A stretch of DNA of 64,000 nt from Sporopachydermia quercuum (Eukaryota). The notes below the pieces were generated by a model, which worked only from the letters and a program-made list of their open reading frames with translations, was not told the DNA's origin and searched no databases. This document shows, in pieces, positions 35,961 through 47,541 of the stretch (positions are counted from its first letter, which is position 1; every line of letters begins with the position of its first letter). The stretch covers positions 748,138 to 812,137 of the forward strand of contig BCGN01000004.1 in the NCBI GenBank assembly GCA_001599295.1, in the 5' to 3' direction. The position numbers and the translations under genes are program-made.

Positions 35961-37136
35961 TTACATGGTTCTCGTATTCTTAGATTTAATATTAATGACA
36001 GGGCCTTCATAATGATGGTTAGGATATCTTCGTTCAAACTCCTGGTCATCCTCCTCCTCCTCAAACTGTTCATGGCCATCGTCAGTATCTGCTTCTGAAT
36101 CAGTATCAATGACAACAATCTTTTTGCTTAGAGCATAAGGAATGACTTCGATTATGAATTTTTGCCCAGTTTCGATGCCATTTATACCAAAACCGGAAGT
36201 ATCATTCAAAACTATGACTACATCTGCCACAGGTTTTTCGCCAATTGTCATAGTTGTCTTAAGATCCATCATGTTCAACTCAATTCCAGTCAATGAAAAA
36301 AAATGTCTATCTTCCATACTTTTAACTGGACCTAACGAAACTCTATTCTGTATTACCGAGTCGTCAAAAGCATCTACTCCTCTGAACTTCACTAAGGTCG
36401 CCAGATCATTCTCGTTCTTGTTTAAAGCAGTTTTCAGTCGTACTAATGCTTGACGAAAAATATGTCCTCCATCGTTCTTATGACTGTATGATGGTTTGAA
36501 TTCCAATGAAGATCCCATAAGTCTCTTCCATTGATTTACAAATTCTGCTTCTCTCAGCTTGGCTCTTCGTTTACCAAACAAATATAATGCAACAAAACAC
36601 AATGGACCCACAAATAACAGTATAGGCATAGTGATACCTATAATAACCACTCCCAAAATAACGAAAAATCCAAAAATTTTAACTATATCTGGTACCATAG
36701 TCCAAAAAAGACCTAGCATACTTGGTTTCTTTCCGAATCTCTTTTCGAAAGGATCTCTATCAAGAAAACTAGATGGAGAAACTTTGGAAAAATGCCGTCG
36801 TTGAGAAAACCCAAACAAAGAGTCTGAAAGTTTTCTTACGAACAATTTATCAACATTGCGGTTCGAAACAGTTCGGCTCTCTACCAGCTTTCCTTTGTTG
36901 TTGTGCAAACTGTTTATTAGAGAAGATTTCTGATCTGCATTGTAAGTGAGAGAACTATACCCTCGCACAGAACACGGAGAAGATATCTTCCCACAAACTT
37001 TCAGGTTCTGATCAAATAGTTTGGAATTCCACGTTTGACTATATGGTCTAGCACATTTGGTAGACTTCAGTATATTGTCAGCTTTGCCGAACTTCCCAAT
37101 AAGTTGATACGATCTTCTGTTGAGTCCCATCCACAT
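35961..37136 (-). CDS. Unknown protein, probably mitochondrial membrane
   Basis: 391-aa ORF with Arg/Ser/Lys-rich N-terminus ending RRHFS, a central hydrophobic segment and an acidic C-terminal patch. No family recognised. Confidence 0.7.
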   Translation of the reverse strand: MWMGLNRRSYQLIGKFGKADNILKSTKCARPYSQTWNSKLFDQNLKVCGKISSPCSVRGYSSLTYNADQKSSLINSLHNNKGKLVESRTVSNRNVDKLFVRKLSDSLFGFSQRRHFSKVSPSSFLDRDPFEKRFGKKPSMLGLFWTMVPDIVKIFGFFVILGVVIIGITMPILLFVGPLCFVALYLFGKRRAKLREAEFVNQWKRLMGSSLEFKPSYSHKNDGGHIFRQALVRLKTALNKNENDLATLVKFRGVDAFDDSVIQNRVSLGPVKSMEDRHFFSLTGIELNMMDLKTTMTIGEKPVADVVIVLNDTSGFGINGIETGQKFIIEVIPYALSKKIVVIDTDSEADTDDGHEQFEEEEDDQEFERRYPNHHYEGPVINIKSKNTRTM

Positions 37137-37685
37137 ATTGAACCTTTAACATATAGCAAGTGATACAGATCCAATTTCTACAAAACCAGGTGTTGTGAGC
37201 AAAGTATGTTTGACATAATCTTTCTCTGAATACCGGTGATTAATGGTTGGTAATTTACTTTATTATGAAACAGCTATTACATCCAAATATGTTATCATTT
37301 GAAAGATGAGATAGGGCTTGGCCACTCGGACATAATAATGTCTTCAAACAGGTGGATCAAACAACCGGAAAAAGTACTTCAAATAAAATGGCTGAATTCC
37401 ATCAGACCCCTCGCAACATTAGACCCTACAACCTTTAGGATCTGGTAATTTACTAAAAGGGTCTTACTATGGTCTTTCTATGAAGAAGTGCTTCTGAATT
37501 GAATAAGTGTCCATTTAATCAATGCATAAAGGACTTAAATGTTTGGAATCTCAATTTTTATTAAATATTTACTCATTTTAAATAAATATGAGTATATGAG
37601 TATTAGTGCGGGATTATTTGGGATGTACAGTAGATATGTACCTTAATTGAGGTAGGATGACTTGAGGTTGATGAGATGGGAGATT

Positions 37686-38801
37686 CTATGCTGAGATTTT
37701 GGATGTAGGGAGTTTGATTGCGAAGGTGAGAAAAGAGGTATGTGATTTAATATCTGATTCTATTTTGCTCACATTAATCCACTGATAATTCGAATCGCCT
37801 TCTTTCACTTTCTTCTCATTAGCAGGATTATGAATTGGTCTCTTACCGTTCTTATTCAAGCTATCAGATAGTTCAGTTTCAGTTTCTCGGCTTGCTGGTT
37901 CAGGTGTTTCCAATTCATTTTCGATTTCTGATACATCTGATCCCTGCGCTCGTAGCTTTTCGAATTTCTCGATTCTCTCATTTCTCTTCTTTAAACCTAC
38001 TTCTTTCTTTTGTTTGATCTCTTTAAGTCGATCTAGTATATTGTCCAGAGTCTTCACGATATCCTTTCTAGCGTCCCACTTCTTACTACTAACTTCAACC
38101 ATTTCTATGCAAACCCAACCATTACTTTGCAAAGCTTCAACAGTTCTTGCCACTTGTTCGATGCATGGAGAAAAACAGCAAACTGATACTTTCACTTTCG
38201 TATTGATAACTGATGTCAATTTTGGTATAGCCAACCACGGAGAAGGCAGATCCAAAAATACTGCTTCAGCATTAACTGTTTCGTTTGTTATATCAAAACC
38301 ATCCTCACAAACATCTCGATGCGTTATAGTTATGAGATCCAGCAGTTTATGCTTAGTGAATTCTTTCTTGGCTTCTTCATATCGGGGTTCGTGAAATTCA
38401 TAGGTAAATAGTTTCCCATTGGGGGCAATAGTTCTAGCAAATGCGTGACTGAAGCTACCACTTCCTGTACCGGCCTCAACAACAACAGATCCTGGTAGAA
38501 TGTTCATTCTCTGCGCTATATAACTTGAATCGGGTGTATATACAATTTGAGTTCGATGAGGGAGTGATAATGTCCATAGTTCAGGTGTTGGATGTAGTAA
38601 ATGAATGAACCCGTGCTTTGATTGAGATGGAATTTGGGTGCCATATTTTGTTCCAATCATGGAAGAATGAGGAAAAGACCCATATCTAGTATTTAGCACT
38701 TCACCTGGTGTGGCTATCAAAGGCTTGATATCATTCCTAGATATCCAAGCTAAAACCAAATCTCCAGGTGCAATAACATTTGAGTATCCAGTAAACGACA
38801 T
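37686..38801 (-). CDS. GCD14: tRNA m1A58 methyltransferase catalytic subunit (Trm61)
   Basis: First ATG at 38801. PTPELWTLSLPHRTQIVYTPD, EAGTGSGSFSH, VFLDLPSPW, FSPCIEQV, HTSFLTFA. RRPE at 38969-38978. Confidence 0.95.
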   Translation of the reverse strand: MSFTGYSNVIAPGDLVLAWISRNDIKPLIATPGEVLNTRYGSFPHSSMIGTKYGTQIPSQSKHGFIHLLHPTPELWTLSLPHRTQIVYTPDSSYIAQRMNILPGSVVVEAGTGSGSFSHAFARTIAPNGKLFTYEFHEPRYEEAKKEFTKHKLLDLITITHRDVCEDGFDITNETVNAEAVFLDLPSPWLAIPKLTSVINTKVKVSVCCFSPCIEQVARTVEALQSNGWVCIEMVEVSSKKWDARKDIVKTLDNILDRLKEIKQKKEVGLKKRNERIEKFEKLRAQGSDVSEIENELETPEPASRETETELSDSLNKNGKRPIHNPANEKKVKEGDSNYQWINVSKIESDIKSHTSFLTFAIKLPTSKISA

Positions 38802-39434
38802 ATTTGAGATGATCCACCTAATAGATTTTAAGATTGAATCAATTCTCAAGCTACGAATTTCCAAGTCTTGAATTCATACCGAAGATAAATGGAAATTTTT
38901 TCTCATTCTTCCTTCTCTTTTCATGCTATGTTACTTTCAAATCAAACAGTTCTTCAATAGTATTATCAGAAAAATTTTGTCCCGTTATAATGTAAAATAT
39001 GTATAAAGCGCATATCCATACATGTACATGCATATATCATTCTCAACATCTTTAATGATTACCTAATTATTTAATTATCCATCTCTTACCTCGGTTTTGA
39101 ACAATTCCCTATTAGTTTGTATTAATATAGTGAGGAACTTTAATTACACTCAGTAGCTTCTCCACATCTTGAACCCTTTATATTATTGTTTTGGAGAGAT
39201 GGTATTACAATGGGCTGACAATCTGCTATTGTTGTATATAAATATGAGGAAACGCTTTAATTCTAGGTATTGCTTTATATTTTGTCTTGGCTTTCATTAC
39301 GACAGTTAAGATCATTCTACTGTATTGCTTTATTCGTTCTATCAACTGGATCTACCCCCAGATAGAAAATACCTATTTCACGTTGATTGATAAAGGAGAG
39401 ACGGCAACAAGTTACCATTCAATTAAAAGTAAAA

Positions 39435-40763
39435 ATGGCTGAGAGACTCGAAATCCCTGAAGTTGTGAAACCGCTTGTATCTACAAGAGGCTTGGAAACT
39501 CTCCATAAAGTTAAGAAGTTTGTTGATGAGGAGGTCTTACCTACAGAGCATATATTTGAATCACAGATTTCAGAAGATCCTGAAAAGAGATGGGCAACTT
39601 TTCCTCAGCAAATCGAGGTTTTGAAAGAGAAAGCAAAAGCCCTTGGTTTATGGAATCTTTTTCTATGTGGATATAAAGAGGGACCTGGATTTACTAATGT
39701 TGAATATGGTTTGATGTGTGAGCAATTGGGCCGTACTAAACTTGGACCTGAAGCTATGAATAGTAGTGCACCAGACACAGGAAATACAGAAGTGTTAGCG
39801 AAATACGGTACTGAGGTTCAAAAAGAAAAGTGGTTGGTTCCATTGTTGAATGGACAAATTAGATCCGCATTTTTAATGACTGAAAAGTTTGCCCCTTCTT
39901 CTGATGCCACTAATATTGCCTTGAGCGCTGATATTGANGGTGATGAAGTTATTCTCAATGGAACAAAATGGTGGTCTTCTGGTGCTGGTGATCCCCGATG
40001 TAGTTTATGGTTGGTGATGGCATTGACTGATCCCAACAACGCTAATCCATACGAAAGACATTCTGTGTTAATTGTCGATGCCAAACAGGCTCAATCCAAA
40101 GGTGCTAAGGTAGTTAGACCTTTACATGTTATGGGATTTGATGAGGCCCCGCATGGTCATATGGAAATCAAATTTACCAATTGTAGGGTTCCATTGAAGG
40201 GAAATGTTGTGTTAGGTTTAGGGAAAGGTTTTGAAGTTATTCAAGGACGACTAGGACCTGGTAGAATTCATCATTGTATGAGGTCTATTGGCGCCGCAGA
40301 AGAAGCACTAGCACGAACACTACGAAGAATTGACACAAGAATTACTTTTGGAAAGAAGTTATCTCAACATGGTGCTATTTTGGAAAAAATAGCAAGAATG
40401 AGAGTCGAAATTGATCAAGCAAGGTTACTGGTACTTAACGCTGCTGCTGCAATTGACAATAAAGGAGCAAAGCTTTCAAGAAAAGAAATTGCCATAGCAA
40501 AAATAGTGGCTCCTACTACATCTCTGGCAGTTATTGACTTTGCAATCCAAATGCATGGTGCTGCTGGGCTATGTCAAGATTTCCCATTAGCGTTTATGTG
40601 GGTTAATCAAAGAACTTTAAGAATTGCAGATGGTCCAGATGAAGTTCATTTGAACCAATTGGGAAGAAACGAACTCAAACGGACTAAGAATGTTGTGGAA
40701 TATTACGACAAGCTAGATTCTTTGACTGAGAATGCATTCAAGTCACAAGGGGCAAAATTGTAA
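39435..40763 (+). CDS. Peroxisomal acyl-CoA dehydrogenase (ACAD10/11-like)
   Basis: ATG at 39435 in AAAAATG context. GLWNLFL, APDTGN, QGRLGPGRIHHCMR, RIADGPDEVH, C-terminal PTS1 AKL. Confidence 0.9.
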   Translation: MAERLEIPEVVKPLVSTRGLETLHKVKKFVDEEVLPTEHIFESQISEDPEKRWATFPQQIEVLKEKAKALGLWNLFLCGYKEGPGFTNVEYGLMCEQLGRTKLGPEAMNSSAPDTGNTEVLAKYGTEVQKEKWLVPLLNGQIRSAFLMTEKFAPSSDATNIALSADIXGDEVILNGTKWWSSGAGDPRCSLWLVMALTDPNNANPYERHSVLIVDAKQAQSKGAKVVRPLHVMGFDEAPHGHMEIKFTNCRVPLKGNVVLGLGKGFEVIQGRLGPGRIHHCMRSIGAAEEALARTLRRIDTRITFGKKLSQHGAILEKIARMRVEIDQARLLVLNAAAAIDNKGAKLSRKEIAIAKIVAPTTSLAVIDFAIQMHGAAGLCQDFPLAFMWVNQRTLRIADGPDEVHLNQLGRNELKRTKNVVEYYDKLDSLTENAFKSQGAKL

Positions 40764-41023
40764 GTAGCTCATCTCAGTTAATAGCATTCTCTGAAAAGAG
40801 TGCTAATGGATTCCAGTTTTTATATAAATGAAAGTGTTAAATGTGAAGTAATTATCAAATTGTAGCGTGTTTTTTGGTCTTGCCCTCTTGATATAAAACA
40901 GTTTCCAACCCTCAACAACGTCTCTACAGCTTTATTGGTAGTAATCTCCCATTATAATTACAAACGAACCCGTATTAGTACTAAGCTGAATTATCAATAA
41001 TCACCCCCAAGATCCCAGAATAT

Positions 41024-41738
41024 CTATATGTTTTTCGTATCTAATAGCATTCCCCATGATGCCTTTGGTAATGGATATGTTGGTCGCACTCCGATAGACT
41101 TAGCATATTTCACCTCCATTTTGCTTTTCTCTTTTTCAGGTTTCAATCGTTCAATATTTTCTTTCTCTGCTTCTTCAAAAGAGACTTGCTGTAAAGCTTC
41201 TAAAGTAGCTGCCTCCCTTTCAGTATCCTATTAATGATGTGTTAATAATGCTTTCCAATATAGCAGTTGATATAGCATGGACAGAATTAGAGCATTCAAC
41301 TTACGATATCTCCCACAAATACTACATTTTCACCTCTGATTATCACCACTCCCCTAAATTTCTCTCCATATGATTTTTCCGTGTATATTCTCTCTGCTCC
41401 ATCTTGTAAAACCAAATTAACTGTTCAAGCAATGTTAGTGTTGTTTGTTGCGTTTCAGTTCTCATTTATTACCTCAATCCAACCCTATCACATACCAAAC
41501 TGATCAAATGTCCTCAAGATTCCCACAAAAGTTCTGCCATCTCTTAACTGAACAAAAACCTTTTCTATGAGCTGAAAGTTAGTTGCAATTCGAAAATAGT
41601 AACTATCTAAAACAATTCCTATTGTTCTTATGACATACTGTCTACACTGTTGGCTATAGTAGCAAATGTGGTAAACACATAAGCTTGTAAGTTGGAATCT
41701 TCCACTGCTGAGTTAGGTCCTCGATTATCTCGGTTCAT
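41024..41738 (-). CDS. LSM1: Sm-like protein Lsm1; exons 41738-41639, 41564-41496, 41420-41305, 41227-41024 (162 aa)
   Basis: Spliced product [48 protein letters not shown]...IRGENVVFVGDID (Sm1/Sm2). Three 74-77 nt introns with GTATGT, GTATGT and GTAAGT donors and YAG acceptors. Confidence 0.93.
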
Positions 41739-41927
41739 CACGTATAAATTACTAACTTGATGATATTATATGCTCATTTCGTCCTAGTTGCAATTTGCTC
41801 CTTACGAATGAAATCAACAATTCAATTATCTTACGATCATAAACATGTTTCAGTTTTGTTCTGTTATTATGAACTTCACTTGATGATAGTGTAGACTGAA
41901 AATTCGGAGGCAGGATATACAAGATTA

Positions 41928-41935
41928 TTACCCGG
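41928..41935. promoter_or_regulatory. Reb1 site (TTACCCGG) upstream of LSM1
   Basis: Perfect 8-mer 190 bp upstream of the ATG. Confidence 0.55.
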
Positions 41936-44301
41936 AACTTAATAAAGTTTCCTATATATGCATAGCTATGTATAGTTCTGTATATTTAGAATAAGATTTT
42001 ATGATACATCTACTTTCTTTAAACATGTCAAAAGTGATGACGATAGATAGACATGCTCAAAGGAATAGGTAAAGAACTACTAGTATTGTAATACATGTCC
42101 GGTGCATTATATATGTTTGTAGAATATAATTAAAATAACGATGGTATTATATAAGCGCTTTATGAAGCAAAATGGTATATTTCATATGCCTAGAAATGAT
42201 ACTGAGAAACGTTGGAAGGAATCCGGAGTGATGTATGGAATGGGTATCAAATAAGGGGAAATCGATAGAATTGTGATCTGTGTGTCACAGAATTCTTCGG
42301 CAGTGTACACCACCGTCCTAATTGTGCAGGTGAAAAGTGTTCTATGATACTAGGTGTTGGTGCAGTATGCTACATCGTATCTAGGTAGCATTCTACTCAG
42401 TTTTTCGCATTCAACCTCCATTTCTGGCATAGGTGACAACATTAACAGATTTGCTTTGTTATCAGTAGTCAAATGGAGGCTATATTCTTTCATATCAAGT
42501 GAGCTACAGTTGCGGTTGCTATAAAAGAGTGTGCGTCTTTAATATATATTCTTAAGTAATAAAGAATAGTATCTTTTCCAGAATATCATAGGAAATAACT
42601 TCTCCGGCTCTTTTAGATCAAACAGATGATAATATTATTTAATATTATGATTAATATACTGGGCGGTTCCTTTAATTTAGGTATCATATTGAGCCACAGG
42701 TAAAGTCGACATTCTACTAAAGGATCTTCTATTATAATAATAAATCAATGTTGATATTAAACCTTGAAGACAATAATTGCATTTGATATTTAGTGATCAG
42801 TCATTGGAAAAGAATATTCTCCGGTACGTTCGTTATACTAAAAATTAGTTCTCATCATGACGGAATGCCAAACAATCAGAAACATGGATCAATAGTTTAT
42901 GAAGTTCATTAATAAGGGAAAGATAAACAGTATATATTGATATTGCTCCAGCAATTTTCGTTCAGCTATTTATTTCAATTGAAAATACCAAATACCAAAT
43001 ACACCTGTTGACACGAAAAGAATTTCGATCTTTATTTGGCTCGCATAGTTTCAGTCCGCACTGATGGAAAGAGAGTAGTCTAGAACCAAACAAATATTCT
43101 GGTTCGCCTTCAGAATTTTTCTTTTTGATTGTGTTGAGAGCCAAGAATGGATTGTTACTAAAATGAAGCATTAGCTACCTAACTATTTAACTATATATCA
43201 CAACCAGTACTATAGAACTAGTGCAGAAATAGTGGCTGATAAATTCCTACCCATGTGCAGGCACTTGCAGTAGTTTTCTCGATGTTCGTTTGCCTGGGTC
43301 AGTACAGTAGTAAACAGGGTATTTTAGGTAATCCACTAATTTAAAGCATATCGATAAATGTTCTAGGCATTAAATTGTTCTAATTTTATTAAGACACCCA
43401 GGATCTTTTACGGTATCAATGATGAGTTGAAGTTTTACGAAAATATGTGATTTACGTGCCTGAAAGACGTGAAATCATTGTGAATTTGAAAGTGACGAAA
43501 TTTATTAATTATCTTTGATTGAGAAGGACCATGCAACGACCTCCTGCTGTTCTGAAATTAAAAGGCCTACATGAAACTGGTAGCTGCAAACAAGCTCTAC
43601 TCCAAGTGGAGAATTAAAATTGTAAGATATTTCAGTTACACGTGATTGTCATAGAGACTTGATCATTGTCATAAACTTTTTCTGCTTGAGTGGAAAGGTA
43701 TTTTCAGATTCAAACGATATTGAAAAACAACGTTGTTTGTTTGAGAGAAACCAGGTTAATCAGCAACATACCTCATCCACATGTTAAAGGGGTTATGGAA
43801 AAGAAGTTAGTATCCTTTACTGTTGGCATTATCTTGAGCTCTCATCTAATTCGACTATGTAGTACATTTCTCGGTTAATTAATAATGACTTAGGGACTTA
43901 ACAACTTTTGAGTTAAGTTTCTTCGGATTTTGGTTTTGGGTGATGGCGCCTCAGCCTTACATTAGTTCAAGGTTTATTATGGAAGTTCTTTTGTATTTTT
44001 TCCTATTCAATACAATCGCATCAAAAGTTTATGTAGTGCAAAAATTTGACTACTGGCTTTCAATATCTAGCGAAAGTTAAGGTTGGGAGATATGTACTAA
44101 TGGCTTGACATGTAACAACAGCAATTTAATGGTGTGGTGGTTCATTCTTGATGAGGCAGACACTGACCAGTATTCATCATCGAGAAGATAATTCACTTCA
44201 ACAATAATACCATAAAGCTAGAATACCGTATACTTAATTCAAATTTACATTATCAATTGTTCAGTTTGTACAAAAGTTTCACCATACTTTGGAACCTTCT
44301 N

Positions 44302-44656
44302 CAAGCCATCGAATAAATGAAGCCTTACCCATGTTTCGTGACGAATTGAGATTAGAACGTTCCCTTTTCAGTTAATAGAAAAAACAAAGGCTTGTCGTTC
44401 AAAGTTGGTTTTATTATTTATTTATATTAGGTTGTGTGGAATAAGGTTGAACTTCTCTTAGTTCATAATTGTTAATGAAGAAAAGCCCAAAAGGCTGGTG
44501 GGTTCTCAGGAATAATAATTTTTATTGCTATGGTAAAGTTAATTGCCAAGCATGGAATAAGTGAAGCCTTTACTCATGTTTCGCAAAATTCAGATTAGAA
44601 TTTTCCCTTTTCAGCCAATCGAAAATACATAGTNCGTTCAAGTATGTTTTATTATT
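44302..44656. repeat. Degenerate ~110-bp direct repeat (44302-44418 and 44547-44656)
   Basis: Shared blocks gaagcctt, catgtttcg, agattagaa, ttcccttttcag, cgttcaa, ttttattatt in the same order. Confidence 0.8.
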
Positions 44657-45790
44657 CGACACTCAATGTACTCTAAGCTATATTCGTATATCGTATGCTA
44701 TCCCATCACATTCTTATCATAGGTCATAACCAACTAATCAATATGAAAGTGATCGAAAAGTAGAGTATAAAGAAAGTGTTCAAACAAAAAATGTGTACTG
44801 GTTCTCTCACTAGTAACAATTTTGTAAGCTGATCATTCAAGCGCAACTGTTAAGACATTCTTTCCTGATCTTCAAAGTAAAAATAAGTGAGAAAATATCG
44901 AGTTATTGATATGTGGTTCATCACGGATTATTTTCTCAGTTCTACGCGGTGAATAGCAATTTTATGAGTGGCAATGGCTAACCAGAATTCAAGGAAGGAT
45001 ACGTGAGACATAGGAAGAAGGAAATATAATATTAGCCTATATGCCATGCCATATTTAATGAATTAGTAGTGTTTACCAGCTTGACTACAATCAGCCTTTC
45101 TCGTCTGACTCAACCTGTAATTTAAAATGGAATACATTGTCACATTCATGGATGAGGGCATATCATCATGGGTCTTGTTAATTATTGTCAGTTCCTATAT
45201 CAGTTTTATGAAATCTACTACGAAATCTACAAATAACAGTAAAATGCAGAACCAAGCTTCTGTTTCTAGACAACATAATTTTAGCTCAAGAGTTAATACA
45301 GTCAATGATTTTTTAGTCTAGATGCAGCCTTTGGTAGTACAAAAGACCATTTAGGTCAATCGTTGGATCTTTCTGTTCAATAACCATTGAATTATTACAC
45401 CCCTAGTCCTTGGCAATTAGAGACAGTTGATACCTAGAGTAGTTTTGCAATAGTTGATACGATTTGCATAACTTATCTAAATGAAGCCACAATTGTAGCT
45501 AAAAATAAATATAGTTAAGGTTGTTCACCTTAAAATACCATTCTACTGTTTTGGTCAATCTTTTACCCAATGGATAAGTGTACCAGTATATGCAAACTTT
45601 AAATATGTGGGTTAATTTTGAATGTCCACCACTTTTATAATTAACAGAAATATATATATTTCCTTTTGAATCCTCAATTAAATGCTTCTTCAACTACTTT
45701 CTTCTTTGTTCTTATACTTATTAAAAAGTTTCTATCTCTAACCAAAGTCCTTCGCTAAATAATCTTTGTTCTTTACCCTAATTATATAAA

Positions 45791-46357
45791 ATGAAGTACG
45801 CTTTTGTTGCCTCCGCTTTGGCTCTTGCCGGCGTCGCTCTTGCTCAAGAAGCAGATACCACCACCACCACTGGTACTACTTACGAAGACATTACCAGCAT
45901 CCCAGAAACCACTGCTGAACCATCTTCCTCTGATACTGGAGCTCCAATTGAACCTTCTGCTACTAGCACCGAAGAAGAACCTTCTGCTACTAGTACTGAA
46001 GAACCTTCTGTCTCCAGCACTGAGGAACCTTCTGTTTCTAGCACTGAAGAACCATCTGTCACTAGCACTGCAACTGAAGAAACTTCTGCTTCTACCACTG
46101 AAGAGCCCTCTAGCTCCGGTACCGGTGCCCCAGTTGAGCCTTCTACCTCTGGTGGATACTTCTCTACCTACACCACTACCATCGGAAGTGTTGAAACTGT
46201 TGTCACCACTTGGTGTCCTGAGACTTCAACTGTCAAGACTGAAACTTATTCTAAGAGTACTGTACCTGTTGTCCCAACTGCCACTGGTGGTGCTGCTCAA
46301 AACGGTNTATTCCTTGGTGGTGCTGTCGGTTTGGCTGCTGCTGTCTTGGCCCTCTAA
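45791..46357 (+). CDS. GPI-anchored Ser/Thr-rich cell-wall protein
   Basis: Signal peptide, 24-bp TEEPSxxS repeats (about 45950-46070), TVVTTWCP flocculin-type-3 motif, GGAA + hydrophobic tail, strong codon bias. Confidence 0.9.
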   Translation: MKYAFVASALALAGVALAQEADTTTTTGTTYEDITSIPETTAEPSSSDTGAPIEPSATSTEEEPSATSTEEPSVSSTEEPSVSSTEEPSVTSTATEETSASTTEEPSSSGTGAPVEPSTSGGYFSTYTTTIGSVETVVTTWCPETSTVKTETYSKSTVPVVPTATGGAAQNGXFLGGAVGLAAAVLAL

Positions 46358-47302
46358 ATATAGTGTCATCTCACCAGTACATTTTTACAGCTACCTTCAT
46401 TTCGTGAATTATAATTTTGTTAAGATACCTCCTTCCACTTTCATTGGTGTCTTATGGAATTATGATTTATAATCCAGCGTTTTTGGTTTAACTTGCATAC
46501 GATCCTGTAATATAATTTTACAACTATTGTAGTTTTGTTTTGGTAGAATTATTAAAGTAATGGTTACCGAATATCATTCGAGCCCGAACCCTCCATATGG
46601 AAAGTGATTCATATTTTTAAAGCAAACCTTCATGAAATAAGGGGTACATGCAGAGCAAAATAGCAAAAGGGATGTAGTTCTAGGTTTGGAGTGGTCGTAA
46701 TAAAAGTTCTAACTGAATCCATATTTGTAATAGGCTCGGAAGCACTAGAGTCAAAGTGTGACAGTAAATTTGCAAATGTTCTACAGTTTGATAAATTTAA
46801 TATTCCTTGATCAAGGTGTTTATTCACTAATTTAGTCGGTCCTTTCCTTCAAGTGTCGTATTATCTTAGCAAGCGGCATCGTATTAAGATGGAAGGTTCC
46901 TAGCAAACCACACATCTAAAACAAGGTAGTGAGTGATTCATGGAAATTGTTTTATTGCTTAGTTTATCTATTTTACGTGCAATCAGATATAAGATCTTCA
47001 TAACGTCAGGTATTATATGCTTCAACGTAGGAGGTAAATAGAAAACAGTACATCTATGTTTTGTAATATTGCTAAATGCATGATTTATAATCTTAGTGTT
47101 CAGTAATTGTGAAAATTAAACTTTCATAGGAACTCTCATATACTTTATATACTAATCGATTAATTGATGGATACTTCTAATTAACCTATCCCTATTATAG
47201 CGTGCTATACAAACAATTCTTTCTCAATTGTTATCAACTGTAATCAAATTGTCTCTGATTATTTTGCGTTGCCACATTCATTCTTCCTTAGAAAAGTAAT
47301 GA

Positions 47303-47336
47303 TTACCCGGACGAAGATAATACTATGGTGTATAAA
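47303..47336 (+). promoter_or_regulatory. Reb1 site plus TATA box, probable snoRNA promoter
   Basis: TTACCCGG 47303-47310 and TATAAA 47331-47336 with no nearby protein gene. Confidence 0.55.
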
Positions 47337-47389
47337 TTGATCTTCCGCAAGAGTTTTTCTTATTCTTCTTCGTTTTCAGGAAGCTGATA

Positions 47390-47541
47390 CGAACCACCTC
47401 CTATTCACTGCACCGTATGGTTTAATATATGAATGGAGGGGAAAAGGAGGTCAGAGTAATAAATATTTGTCGTTAGCCACCTCACACTGAATTTAGCACC
47501 TTTTGAACGTTTTATTTGGTAACTGGGCTCACGGTACATTG
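47390..47541 (+). ncRNA. Box H/ACA snoRNA, snR5-like (5' end approximate)
   Basis: 3' hairpin: upper stem ACUGAAU/AUUUGGU, pocket ACCUCA..AACUG matching 25S CAGUU-Psi1004-U-AUGAGGU (one mismatch), 15 nt to ACA at 47536. 5' hairpin pocket ACC..GAAUGG fits CCAUUU-Psi1124-U-GGU. H-box candidates AAAGGA 47443 and AGAGUA 47453. Confidence 0.65.

Noticed and set aside
45804..46472. 222-aa alternative-frame ORF over the GPI gene, and the many antisense ORFs in the track
   Set aside because: Shadows of biased or repetitive codon usage in real genes.
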